64,000 nt of DNA. Origin: Anthoceros angustus (Eukaryota; Plantae; Anthocerotophyta). The notes beneath the pieces are model-generated. The model was not told the origin of the DNA, searched no databases, and worked only from the letters and a program-made list of their open reading frames with translations. The stretch spans positions 62,001-126,000 of the forward strand of contig MU008173.1 in NCBI GenBank assembly GCA_010909165.1. Direction: 5' to 3'. Position numbers and translations under genes: made by a program. Below are positions 1 to 12,539 of the stretch, piece by piece (position 1 is the stretch's first letter; each line of letters begins with the position of its first letter).

Positions 1-1266
1 GTCTTCGCGCCCCCGCGCCCTCCCTGCCTTCCGCTTGACGAAGGCAGATCGCTCCTGCCTTCCGGAAGTCTTTAATTTGAAACACCCCGCGCTCAGTTCA
101 TACTCTCGCGCACAGTTCTAAAATCAAGCATGGTTGGGTTGTGCCGTGCTGAGCAAAATACGGCAGTGACATCCTATACCATGATGAGAGAGAATCGTGG
201 TGGGCGAGGCATGGCAGATTTTACACGCGCGAAGCATTGATTGCTTCGGAGATTCAGGCACATTTGCGGTACTTGGCTGCCCCCAAGGACGTATGTTGCG
301 AATCCCACGCTTGTGCGCCTTATGGGATGCCCGACCCTACATCACCGCCCTATTCTGAAATGGCCTAAAAGCTAGGGTTGTTCAGCTTGTGCAGTCGAAG
401 TATTTTAGGGCCCTCACCCAACCGAAGAATAGGACACGAAACACTCCCCGAACCGATGAAGCCGAGCTATGTACACCCCCTTGTAAGTCTACGCGCTCAA
501 CAGAAGGTCATGCTCACTTGCTCACGTCATTTCCTTGCACACCACCGAAACATCCATCACTGATCCAACACTTGAAGCCACAAGCTCAGCTCCCCACGCT
601 CTGCATCAACCCGGACGCGAAGTGCGTGCAGAAGGACTCTCCAAGCTACTCTGCTCTCCAAGCAACACAGCCACTTCAGTCACCTTCGGGCCAGCTTACA
701 GAGAGCACGCGGTAGGGGGAGCAAGACATTTGCAAAGCACGAGATTGACGGATGTGGTCTTGAGTGTAGCGCGTACTGCAGACAGAGGTATTGCAACTCG
801 GGGTTTCCGATTGTCGGCTTCGGGTAGTAGTGTGTCATGTGACTCCTGTGGTGGCGTATCACAAAAGCTTGGCAGCAAAGGACGCCACGTTAAACCAGTT
901 CATGGTGTGGTGCATTCATCAAATCATAAGTTCTCGGTGAATGCTGAACATCTCCACAACCGCAAACATCCAGGGCGTTGATCTCCTACCAGGTGGTCTT
1001 CGCTGCGGCCACTAGGTTGAGGATTTGCACACCTATCTTTTGACCATGATCTTCCGAAGCCGAAAGCCTGGAACAACCATGAACCCAACTTTGAGCGGGG
1101 CCATGTCAGACTCCTCCTCCTCACCGTTATCCGCAATCCTTGCCATGTACCGCTCGTCAACACGGCACTAGGATCTTTGCTCTACGGGGAAAGGAGAGAG
1201 CCAACCTCTGCAATTGCCACAGAGCAATAGCTAGAAGCACAAACCTCCTCAAGGCCTCATGATGAG

Positions 1267-3136
1267 TCACAATTCGAGGGTGGAGGCCATTTCGACCGTC
1301 TCGTCAGTGTCACCGAAGTTGAGTCGTCGAGTCTGAACGCGGATGCACGACCTGCCGAAGAACATGGACGTGGTCCATTTGCGCGCCATACCTAGCATCT
1401 CGGGATCCTGCGAGATGTCCATTCTGTACTCGCCTTCCAGAACCACGCCGGGCTCGGTGACGTAGCGCACCATCAAGGCGTCTGTGCTGAAGATGCGAAA
1501 TCTTACACCGGTCTGGTCTGCACGACCGGGCCATCCGGGAAGCGAGAAGCATTCATCCACGCCAACGTGCTGTCCCTTGCGCACGAAGATGCTGAACCTG
1601 TGCATGCATCGCCAACCCAAGGAATCACCCCATGCCCGATGGCTGGAAGGATCCAGTTCCTCATCGAAGGCACGCATCACCTCCAGGCCGTAGGTTTTGC
1701 GGGACACTCTGGAGGTGACCAGGTCGGGGGAGAAACCGAAGAGGACAGCTCCTTGGCACACGGCGCTACCGGGATCTGGCGGCATCACGATCGCTTTGTC
1801 TCCTAGCCTGCCTGCCAATGCTGCCTTCACTCTGTCCCGCAGGTAAGGAGAGGCAGAGAAACCGCCTACCAGCAGCAGCTGCTTCAGGCGCGGGGTTATG
1901 GCCTCCCGAATGAGCTCTATGATCCTGTCCACCACAGGGTCGAAGATTTGCTTCATATCCGACACTGTGAGCTCGATCTCAGCGAAGTTCAGGTCCACGT
2001 CCTCGCTCCCGCCAAATTTCCTGTTGTAGGATTTCCACGCCTTCTTCATGGCCTTTGGGACGTCCAGGCTCTGAGTACCCCAGTCCTCAGAGCCATCGAA
2101 GGAGGTTTTCATGTCGGACCAGCGCCTCTGCAGCGAGGTCATGGCAGCAGGGTTCTGGCTCACCACTTCGTCGAAGCAGCCCATCCTGGCCCGCAGCAAG
2201 TGGAAGAAGTTGGCGTCCACATGCGCGCCCCCGCAGAGATCACCCGAGCTCTGCACCGCTTCCTTCAGCTTCAGCTCCTTCTCGCCATTGTTGGCCATGA
2301 TGTGGACCACAATGTCCGTGGTTCCTCCCCGATGTCCGCCACCATGAACTCGTCTCCACGCTTCAGGTTCAGCTGCTTTGATCTGGTCTTGGCGCAGTAC
2401 GCTGATGCCGCCTCCGACTCAACACGATCCGCACGGGATGCGGGCTGGCGGTCTGGACCAGGTGAGGCGGGCAGCTAGGGCCTGCCACCAGCCCGGCCAT
2501 CTCCGCGCACTTGCGCATGATCTGCTTGGCGGAATCGTCCCAGATGGCGGGGACGGTCAGGCACCATCGCACATCCCTGGCCGTGATGTGGCCGCCCCAT
2601 GTCTCCTTCAAATGCTCGAGAGCGAAGGTGGAGATCTCCTTGATGAAGTCGGCCGTCGCTCTCACCACTGGCAAGCCCTCGGGAAGCTTGACGCCGACAT
2701 CTTGCCCATCCGTCTTCGTGTCCGCCTCTTCTGCCTGGGCCATGCCGTGCCCCTTACCTCCTGTCCATCCCATTTCCAGCCCTGACAGCATCCTGGAAAG
2801 AGCGGCATCCCGAGCCTTCTGCGGCGCCAGATGCAGCTTGAACCTGGTGAGGTGAACCCCAGCTTCCGATCCAGCGGCCGGGACCTCTTTGAGCTGTCGG
2901 GCCTGCGCCGGCCATCCCCAGTGTGTCACCTCGTACACTGGCTTGCTGCTCAAGCCGTGCCTTCTTCACGTAGAACAGCCCGGTCTGCGTCTTGCAATAT
3001 GATTTGCCCTCCTGCCCCGGCCACTCGTAGAATGCGCAGATCTTGTCAGGCTCGTCCTTGTGCGCAAATGCGAAGCCAGAGTATGTTGTGCCGAAATCGA
3101 TCCCCACCACCACTCTCACCTCGCTCCCTTCGCCAT
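1267..3136 (-). CDS. HSPA12-like atypical Hsp70, copy A (full length; frameshifts may be sequencing errors)
   Basis: Consecutive ORFs 2754-3149, 2369-2953 and 1267-2310 give VVVGIDFGTTYSGFAFA, WCLTVPAIWDD, CGGAHVD, LLLVGGFSASPYL and SRVSRKTYG, which are actin/Hsp70 NBD motifs of the HSPA12 type. No introns apparent. Confidence 0.85.
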
Positions 3137-3979
3137 CGCAGCTTAGCAAGCTCCCAAGACGAATCAGCAGAACTGGTGACTCAAATCCCTGCCATCTCGG
3201 TTCTTCTTTCCCTCGATCTCAACGAGCAAGGAGCGTGCTACGCACCGCGACACCTTCACCAATCCCACTCCGATCTGCATCTTGCTTCCCCAGGACTCCG
3301 CTAGGTGACTTGTTTGTGCCTTCTGCTAATGTTAGGAAACGACTCATTCCACGCTTCATTTTCATGACCTGTGCTTCCTTATGCCAACGTCAGACGGTCA
3401 GTTGCACATACGCCAACGCCACTAAACAATGGGAGGAAATGCTAAAAGTGTGGGGCGACTGTGGCGCTATCTCTCCACTTGTGTTCGTCTTTGGCTGGAA
3501 GTTTTGGCGATCTTCTATGTTCTATGACTCAGGCGGCAGACAGGGTCCTGTATCTTGTGAGGTTGCTTCAGCTACAGTTGTGAAAGAAGCTGCACCTGGA
3601 GGCTGAAGACTGTCAGGAGGACACACTCAGCCAGTACACTTGCTCTCTCCATGTGAGTACAGGGCAGGAATCAACAGTGTACAAACACAAACAGCGTCCA
3701 GAAAAACAATTCCTTCTTTCTTCTTCTCACTCTGATATGTGCATAACTGGAAGGAAACTCACCCGGCTTTCCCAGGTCACCCGCTTCATCTAGGGCTTGG
3801 AAGCATTTCTCAATTTCGATCGGATCGTCCAGTTGCACTCGAATCAGAAGCTCTGGATGTGACATGACAGGAGGGTCGTGCCGATTTCATGACAGAGCTT
3901 GTCATCTAAAGCTGGTGTCATCTAAAGCTTGTCGAATGCGATGATGGAAACCGGAAGCAAGGCAAGGCCTGATGATGAG

Positions 3980-5834
3980 TCACAATTCAGGGTGGAGGCC
4001 ATTTCGACCGTCTCCTCAGTGTCACCAAAGTTGTCTCGTTTACAGTGAACGCGGATGCACGATCTGCCGAAAAACATTGACGTTGTGATGCAACGGTTCA
4101 CACCGATCTTGCCAGGATCGTGTGAGACGTCCATTTCGAACTCGCCTTCCAGAACCACGCCGAGATCGGTGGTGTAGCGCACCTCCACGGCGTCTGTGCT
4201 GAAGATGCGCAATGGTATGCTGGTCTGGTCTGCCATACCGGGGCTTGCGGAAACCGAGAAGCTTTCATCCACGCCGACGTGCTGTCCCCTGCGCACGAAG
4301 ACGCCGAACCTGTTCTTGCATCGCCAACCGTTATGATTCCAAGTCTGGTAGCTGGGAGGATCGAGCTTCGAATCGAAGGCACACATCACCTCAAGGCCGT
4401 AGGTTTTCCGGGCCACTCTGGAGACGACCAGGTCGGGGAAAAACCGAAGAGGACAGCTCCTTGGCACACGGCGCTACCGGGATCTGGCGGCATCACGATC
4501 TTGTCTCCCAGCCTGCCCGCAGTGCTGCCTTCACTCTGTCCGCAGGTAAGGAGGCAGAGAAACCGCCTACCAGCAGCAGCTGCTTCAAGCGCGGTGTGAT
4601 GGCCTCCCGAATGAGCTCTATGATCCTGTCCACCACAGGGTCGAAGATCTGCTTCATGTCCGACACCGTGAGCTCGATCTCGGCGTAGTTCAAGTCCACG
4701 TCCTCGCTCCCGCCAAATTTCCTGTTGTAGGATTTCCACGCCTTCTTCATGGCCTTCGGGACGTCCAGGCTCTGAGGACCCCAGTCCTCAGAGCCATCGA
4801 AGGAGGTTTTCATGTCGGACCAGCGCCTGTGCAGGGAGGTCATGGCAGCAGGGTTCTGGCTCACCACTTCGTCGAAGCAGCCGATCCTGGCCCGCATCAA
4901 GTGGAAGAAGTTGGCGTCCACATGCGCGCCCCCGCAGAGATCACCCGAGCTCTGCACCGCTTCCTTCAGCTTCAGCTCCTTCTCGCCATTGTTGGCCATG
5001 GTGTGGACCACGATGTCCGTGGTTCCTCCCCCGATGTCCGCCACCATGAACTCGTCTCCGCGCTTCAGGTTCAGCTGCTTTGATCTGGTCTTGGCGCAGT
5101 ACGCTGATGCCGCCTCCGACTCAACACGATCCGCACGGGATGCGGGCTGGCGGTCTGGACCAGGTGAGGCGGGCAGCTAGGGCCTGCCACCAGCCCGGCC
5201 ATCTCCGCGCACTTGCGCATGATCTGCTTGGCGGAATCGTCCCAGATGGCGGGGACGGTCAGGCACCATTGCACATCCCTGGCCGTGATGTGGCCGCCCC
5301 ATGTCTCCTTCACATGCTCGAGAGCGAAGGTGGAGATCTCCTTGATGAAGTCGGCCGTCGCTCTCACCACTGGCAAGCCCTCGGAAGCTTGACGCCGACA
5401 TCTTTCCCATCCGTCTTCGTGTCCGCCTCTTCTGCCTGGGCCATGCCGTGCTTACCTCCTGTCCATCCCATTTCCAGCCCTGACAGCATCCTGGAAAGAG
5501 CGGCATCCCGAGCCTTCTGCGGCGCCAGATGCAGCTTGAACCTGGTGAGGTGAACCCCAGCTTCCGATCCAGCGGCCGGGACCTCTTTGAGCTGTCGGGC
5601 CTGCGCCGGCCATCCCAGTGTGTCACCTCGTACACTGGCTTGCTGCTCAAGCCGTGCCTTCTTCACGTAGAACAGCCCGGTCTGCGTCTTGCAATATGAT
5701 TTGCCCTCCTGCCCCGGCCACTCGTAGAATGCGCAGATCTTGTCAGGCTCGTCCTTGTGCGCAAATGCGAAGCCAGAGTATGTTGTGCCGAAATCGATCC
5801 CCACCACCACTCTCACCTCGCTCCCCTTCGCCAT
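3980..5834 (-). CDS. HSPA12-like Hsp70, copy B (full length, frameshifted)
   Basis: Same motifs in ORFs 5364-5855, 5071-5376, 4493-5047 (VADIGGGTTD) and 3922-4467. Tandem duplicate of copy A, including about 450 bp of upstream sequence. Confidence 0.85.
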
Positions 5835-7115
5835 CGCAGCTTGGCAAGCTCCCAAGACGAATCAGCAGAACTTGTGACTCAAATCCCTGCCATCTCGGTT
5901 CTGCTTTCCCTCGATCTCAACGAGCAAGGAGCGTGCTACGCACCGCGACACCTTCACCAATCCCACTCCGATCTGCATCTTGCTTCCCCAGGACTCCGCT
6001 AGGTGACTTGTTTGTGCCTTCTGCTAATGTTAGGAAGCGACTCATTCCACGCTTCATTTTCATGACCTGTGCTTCCTTATGCCAACGTCAGACGGTCAGT
6101 TGCACATACGCCAACGCCACTAAACAATGGGAGGAAATGCTAAAAGTGTGGGGCGACTGTGGCGCTATCTCTCCACTTGTGTTCGTCTTTGGCTGGAAGT
6201 TTTGGCGATCTTCTGTGTTCTATGACTCAGGCGGCACACAGGGGTCCTGTATCTTGTGAGGTTGCTTCAGCTACAGTTGTGAAAGAAGCTGCACCTGCAC
6301 CCAAGAGAATGGTATTGGAGCTGGAGTTGGACTGATTCAAGTATTTGCAGTGATAAAAACTTTCCAGCACAGGAATTGATGTGGTCACAGCAGCTCAGCG
6401 GAGTTGTGGTAATGAAGTGCAAGTTGCTAATAAATTTGTTTAAATGGGAGCTGCTTATGCAGTAGTTGAAGAAGTCCAATCTGTTGATCCAGATGTTGCT
6501 CTTTTGGTAGCGCTTCAGGAGGTCCTATTTCTGTCTCAGCAACAGGTGACAACGCTACCAGGTATGAGGATAATGTTGTAACTCCAGAGTTAGAGCAAAG
6601 GGTGATTGAAATTGGCATTCAACCTGAACGGCAACTTCAAGTCCCGCTTTTCCAGAGGCTAGAATGTTCTTCTCTACTGCAGACAAAACTGGGCCTTCAC
6701 CTGTGGCCATGTGTGGTGCTGCACTGTGCAGTAACTCCCTCGGTGGTAAGGCAGGATATGGCCTCTGATCCTGAACCGCAAAGAAGGTAATCTGCTTTGG
6801 CATCCAGATCTCATCTGGCCTTGTGCCAGCCGAACTGCCTGGCGGGCTTGGTGTGGCTTTGGCACCAGATTCGTGTTTAGGTACCCTGGGAAGCAAGGAT
6901 CCTTGCTTCTCGGATTGCTGATCAGTTGTCGAGGATGAGCTTCTCTGGAAGCTTAGCCTTGCTGATCCTCCGAGGTATGCCCCAACCTTTCACTTATCGT
7001 GGCAGAGGGTTGTGTTGCTCTTGCAGGTGTCATTTGTCGGTCTCCAGATGTGTCCCTGGCACGCTCGCGGGCTGTGACAGACTGCTTTGCTTGCATCTCC
7101 TGAGCTGTTTGATCA

Positions 7116-8027
7116 GCCGAGCTCTGCACGGATTCCTTCAGCTTCATCTCCTGGTGGCCGTGGTTGGCCTAGGTGTGGACCACGATGTCCGTGGTGCCTC
7201 CCCCGATGTCCGCCACCATGACTTCATCTCCGCGTTTCAGGTTCAGCTGCCCGGATCTGGACTTGGCGTAGTAGGCCGATGCCGGCTCCGATTCCAACAC
7301 GATCCGCACTGGATGCGGGCTGGCGGCCGCGGCCAGGTGAGGCGGGCAGCTAGGGCCGGCCACCAGGCCGGCCATCTCCGCACACTTGCGCATCATCTGC
7401 TTGGCGGAGTCGTCCCAAATGGCGGGCACTGTCAGGCACCGCTGCACGTTCCTGGCCGTGATGTGGCTGCACCATGTCTCCTGCACATGCTTGAGAGCGA
7501 AGGTGGAGATCTCCTTGAGGAAGTCGGCCGTGGCTCTCACCACCGGCAAGCCCTCGGGAGGCTCAGGACCGGCATGTTTCCCATCCCTCCCGCTTGGTCC
7601 CCCCCGCTTCTGCCTCTTCCTTGGCCTGGGCCATGCCGTGCTTGCCCTCACCGCCTGTCCATCCCATGTCCAGCCCCGACAGCATCCTGGACAGAGCGGC
7701 ATCCCGAGCCCTCTGCGGCGCCAGATGCAGCTTGAACTTGGTGAGGTGAACTCCGGCTGCTGCGCCCGGGCCGCATTTGAGCTGGCGGGCCTGCGCCGGC
7801 CATTCCCAGTATGTCAGCTCGTATTCCGCCTCCCTGCCCGCAGCCGCCTTCTTGTTCACATAGAACAGCCCGGTCTGCGTCTTGCAATACGATTTGCCTT
7901 CCTGCCCCGGCCACTCGTAGAAGGTAAAGATGTGATCAGGCTCGGCCTTGTGCGCAAATGCAAAGCCCGAGAAAGTAGTGCCGAAATCGATCCCCACCAC
8001 CACGCTCACCTCGCTCCCCTTCGCCAT
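7116..8027 (-). pseudogene. HSPA12-like Hsp70, copy C, 3'-truncated after KLKESVQSS
   Basis: ORFs 7563-8048 and 7169-7702. Homology to copies A/B stops at about 7116. Confidence 0.8.
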
Positions 8028-8269
8028 CGCAGCTTGGCAAGCTGCCAAAACGGATCAGCACACAAAATCGTATCTCAAATCCCTGCCACCTCTGTTCCGC
8101 TTTCTCCTCTCATCTCAACGAGCAACGAGTCTGCCAAGCACGGAGACACCTTCACCAACGTTAACCCCACTCCTGTTTGCATCAAGATTGCTTCTCCAGC
8201 AGGATTTGACGCGCAAGCATTGCGAAACTTGCGACGGCCCACTATGGCCCTAGCTATGCACATACGTAT

Positions 8270-8620
8270 CTCACCTATGTCCAGCCCTTGTGCGACTCTC
8301 CCACAGGATGTAGCCTCGCCCTGATGTCCACTGTTTGTCCTTGGCGTATCTCCATTAGCTGAGGGAGCAGCCTTTGCCTCTATCAGGTGGCCAGAATGAG
8401 GTTCAGCTTCAGGTTAGAATTTTTTGGAACACGAATTGAATTGTTTCCCTCATCTCTGCTCCTTTTCAAACACATCGAAATCCGGACCTCCTGAATCTTG
8501 TCAATACTGTCATCTTGTAGTCTGCCTGACAGTTTCACCATCATCCGGCTTGAAATTTCCTCTTGCAGGCTTCGTGCTACTGTGGCTGGACTAACCCTCA
8601 TCCAAGGAACCAAGAGCACT
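8270..8620 (-). pseudogene. Fragment of the CLF/E(z)-like repeat (linker region)
   Basis: MCLKRSR...LKLNLILAT segment is homologous to 12190-12420, 15975-16085, 20570-20800 and 63800-64000. Confidence 0.55.
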
Positions 8621-8897
8621 GGACGAGCCGGAAGTATTTGCTATTGCTAATTTGCTAGCTAGCTTCAAACTTAGCTTTGAAGTACTTAGTGAATGCCGCC
8701 AGCTGTGATGACGCGCAATGCACAAATATGGTATGGTGTGGCTGACCAATTCCATCACCAAATCTGGTAGTCTCTTCTTTTACATCTTCTACAGGGTGAG
8801 AGCCGCTTGGTGAAAGTTCCGGTGGGAACTGCTGCTTGCAACCTAGTGGAATCGGGATGCTTGCAACCTAGTGGAGAATCGGGATTCGACAGAGGAG

Positions 8898-10752
8898 ATG
8901 GCGCCGGCGGAGGAAGCCAAGGTGGTTGTAGGGATTGACCTGGGAACAACCTTCTCAGGATTCGCATTCGCCCACAAGGATGAGCCAGACAAGGTGTACA
9001 CATTCTATGAGTGGCCCGGGCGTGAAGGTAAGCCGTACTGCAAGACGCAGACCAGCCTGCACTACGTGAAGAAGGCGTCCGGCGAGTTCGCTCTCACGTA
9101 CTGGGGCTGGCCAGCGCAGGCATGCCATTTGAGGAGAAGAACGGGGATGGAGGAGGAGAGAGGACCGAGTTTCTCACCAGGTTCAAGCTCCATTTGGCGC
9201 CACGGCAGGTGGATCCCGGAGCCTGCACGTTCAAGGATTCCAGCAACGACGTCCCAAGCAGCTCGCGATCGGGCAGGACACCGGTACAGGCACCCACAGC
9301 GCCACCGCTGCCGTTAGGCTTGTCTGTGGTGACAGCCATCAGCGACTATCTGGCCAGATTGTCCGCCTTCGCGGTGGAGCACCTGCAGGAGACGTATGGC
9401 GGCCACATCAGTCCCAGGGATTTGCAGTGGTGTCTCACCGTGCCCGCTATCTGGGATGATTCCGCCAAGCAGGTCATGCGCAAGTGCGCGCAGATGGCAG
9501 GGATGGTGACGGGCCCGCATTGCCCTCGGAATTAGCAGCGGCTGCCAGCCCACATCCTCTGCGCATCGTCCTGGAATCAGGCCGCGTCTGTGTACTGCGC
9601 CAAGAATTCGAAGCAGCTCAGACTGCGGAAGGAGACAGGTTCGTGGTGGCAGATCTGGGGGTGGAACCACGGATATCGTAGTGCACACCAAGGAGAACGA
9701 CGACGACTCGGAACTGCGACTCCGAGAGACGTCGCAGAGCTGGGACCTCTGCGGTGGCGCCAATGTGGACCTCAACTTTCAGGAGCTCCTGTCCAGACGT
9801 ATTGGCTGCCTGGAGGAGTGGGTTCGGCTGAATCCTGCATCTCTTACTCGGCTCATGAGAAGCTGGGCAGACATCAAGGCTACCTATCACGATGGAAGTG
9901 AGGAAACCCCATGTCTTGACTTGCCTCGGAAGCTGTCCCAGGCTTGGCGACTGCACGACGAAGCGAATGCATCTGCATCTGCCTCTGCCTCTGCCTCTGC
10001 CTCTGGCAACGCCGACGATGCCACCAACTACGACGAGATTGAGTTGAGAAGGTCAGACATGATGCAGATTTTCGATCCTGTGGTTGGCAGGATCGTGGAG
10101 CTCATCCGGCAGCAACTCACCCCAGACATGAAGCTGCTCGTGTTGGTTGGTGGCTTCTCAGCGTCTCCGTATCTGAGGAAGAGAATCAAGGACGCTTTTG
10201 CCGACGTGCTGGATGACAGAATCGTCATGCCTCCCGACCCGGGTAGTGCGGTGTGTCAAGGAGCTGTCATTTTGGGCTTTGCCCTCGGTTGTCTTGTCTA
10301 GGGTTTCTCGCAAAACCTACGGAGTGAAGCTTCTGCGGCCGTTCATTCCCCTGTCTGATCCTGTGGAGTTTCTCGTAGTGACAGACAGGGGACCCAATGC
10401 GAACAGCTTCAAAATCTATGTGAGGAAGGGACAGCATGTTGCCATCGACCACTCTGTCAAGCACAACCTTCTCCCAGTGGTGAGGAAGGAGACCTCGCTC
10501 TCTGTCGGCATTTACAGTACAAACTCCGATGATGTGCGCTACACTACTGATCCGGGAGTGGTGTTGGAGGGCGAATTTCAAGTGGACATTTCGGATGATC
10601 CAGATAATTTAGACCTGGAGCGGAGGCTGCAGGTGTCTATGTACTTTGGCACCTCCTGCATACAGGTGGAGGCCCGACGTCTCAATTTCGGTAATATGGA
10701 AGAAGTGATTGAGATGCACCGCAGCATAGGATTTGAGCTTGAAGAGCACTGA
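8898..10752 (+). CDS. HSPA12-like Hsp70, copy D (divergent subtype, head-to-head with copy C)
   Basis: VVVGIDLGTTFSGFAFA, WCLTVPAIWDD, LCGGANVD, LVLVGGFSASPYL and SRVSRKTYG across ORFs 8871-9317, 9122-9535, 9681-10301 and 10198-10752. Confidence 0.85.
9969..10004 (+). repeat. Coding hexamer microsatellite (GCMTCT)n encoding an Ala-Ser repeat in copy D
   Basis: gcatctgcatctgcctctgcctctgcctctgcctct. Confidence 0.85.
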
Positions 10753-10779
10753 CTCCATATTTTGCTCTTCTTCTCCCAA

Positions 10780-11100
10780 GCTTTGGAACCTTATCCAGCA
10801 GTTCCTGCATAAACTGGGATCACACTTCCGTGAAGCAGCAAAACAAGGGCAATTTCTGGCACATGCATCCTCTAAAACGATATTTGCAACGTGTGCCCCC
10901 ACACCTGCCCAAACCACGCATGCATGCTTGTTACGCACAAACTGAAAGCGTTGCACAGCAGGTTGCATTAAGCTTTTAGGCATTCCTTCCCACATGTTAG
11001 GAAACAGCCACAGAGAAGGTGTTACAGTTGCCGGAGAGTTGTCATATGGTAGGAGACGGAACAGTTTAAAAGTGTGGCTTCGATCTTGCACTCTGCAAAA
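10780..11100 (-). pseudogene. CXC-domain exons of a CLF/SWN-like E(z) H3K27 methyltransferase (decayed)
   Basis: Minus strand reads CGCxxTCGKEC..LNATCC, then an intron-like gap, then CKYRFRGC..RNCPCFAASRKCDPSLCRNCW. This matches the plant E(z) CXC consensus CPCFAAxRECDPDVCRNCW. Confidence 0.8.
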
Positions 11101-11739
11101 CAAACATTTGTGCCATAACTGACCAACCAAATCCGTCCATCCGTCCATCAGTAAAACACGTTTCCACTGCAAATGGAGACGCGCGTATCCTCGGATCAGC
11201 CACACCATCGCATTTCATAAGAGCGCCTCAAAGCTAGGTATCTGAAAGCCGGCAGCTGCCACCTGCAATTTCCATTGGCCTACATCCTGGAAAGGGAATC
11301 CAGCAGTGGATTCTATATAACTGAAAATGTGCAGAGCGCAGGGTCTAGGAATGTAACTTCCAGCTGCCGCTCTAGGTTCTGGTCGGGGTCGTGAGAGGTT
11401 CCGTCCCAGGATGTTAGGAATGGAGCCAGTCTTTCTTGCCCCGTTCCGGGAAACATGCAGCGGCATTCGTTCCCTTGGATTGAGTCGGAAAACATGCATT
11501 CGTGTCTTACAACTGGAAAGGTTTGGGCGGGAGGATTCGACAGAGACGACAGCCTCTTGGCTGGCTTCTTCACTAGGAGAAAGGACTCTTTGCGTGCGAA
11601 CTTGGAGTTGGCAGGGTCCTGACGTGACTGCCGAAGCTCCTTTCTCGTTCACTTTAACGGCCCAATCAGGGCAGGATTCCGGAGCTTTCATTCTCGTAAA
11701 ACAGCTCCTTACCGACATCCCTCTTAGAAAGGTCACTCA

Positions 11740-12420
11740 TATCTGTCGTCAAATAAAACAACAATAGCTGGCACAAGTTGTCGCACCTGGTCCTTGCCTG
11801 CTTGCATATGGCCGTCACCACCTACTTTGCGACAGCCTTCTCGTGCAGTCATGAATTTAGAAACCTCAGTACAAGTATTCCAGCCTTTGAGCAGGTTTTG
11901 GGAAATAAGACAGCTGCACCAGCAGCCAAACAAAGGGCCACCATGGCTCAGATGAAACCTACTCAGTTTCACTTAATGAGAGCAATGACCAAATGGCTTA
12001 ATGGGAAAATGGATAGCTGTTGCAGCCAAACCTTTCCCAAATAGATCTCTCTCGAGATATGTCCAGGCACTATTGTCTTCATCAGTTTCGACAAGTGAAT
12101 CTGTTTCGCAGCTGTTGCTGCTCTCAATCTGCCCCTGTACATAAGTTTTCATCGATTCGAAGTGGTTGTTCGAAACAAAAGTGAATCTGCCCAGGATGTA
12201 GCCTTGCCCCTGATCTCCACTGTTCGTCCCTGCGATATGTTCATTTGCCAAAGAAGCAGTCTTTCTTCAATGAGGTGCCAGAATGAGCTTCAGCTTCAGC
12301 CAATAATTTTGGGAAACCTTTCCCTCATTATGCTCATTTGCTGAGGTCAATGAATTGGTTCCCTGATATCTAGTCCGCTTCAAACACATCTGAACCGAGC
12401 TCCTCAATCTTTCCACTGGA
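11740..12420 (-). pseudogene. SANT-region exons and intron of a CLF/SWN-like gene (decayed)
   Basis: WTYLERDLFGKGL...(intron ending tgcag)...SCLISQNLLKGWNTCTEVSKFM, compared with plant E(z) WxxLEKxLxxKGxEIFGxNSCLIARNLLxGxKTCxEVxxYM. Confidence 0.75.
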
Positions 12421-12539
12421 TCAGCACACAACAAATCGTGACGCAAATCGCTGCCACCTCGGTTCTGCTTTCTCCTTGATTTCAATTAGGAAGGAGTCTG
12501 CTACGCACCGCGACACCTTCACCAACCCCACTCCGATTT

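Noticed and set aside
1-1260. Short ORFs at the window start
   Set aside because: No recognisable protein motifs.
1948-8324. Plus-strand ORFs such as 1948-2478, 6926-7735 and 7386-8324
   Set aside because: Antisense shadows of GC-rich Hsp70 coding sequence.
1267-10752. Programmed frameshifting as an explanation for the split Hsp70 ORFs
   Set aside because: Indels fall mostly in homopolymers and many differ between copies; sequencing error or decay is the simpler explanation.
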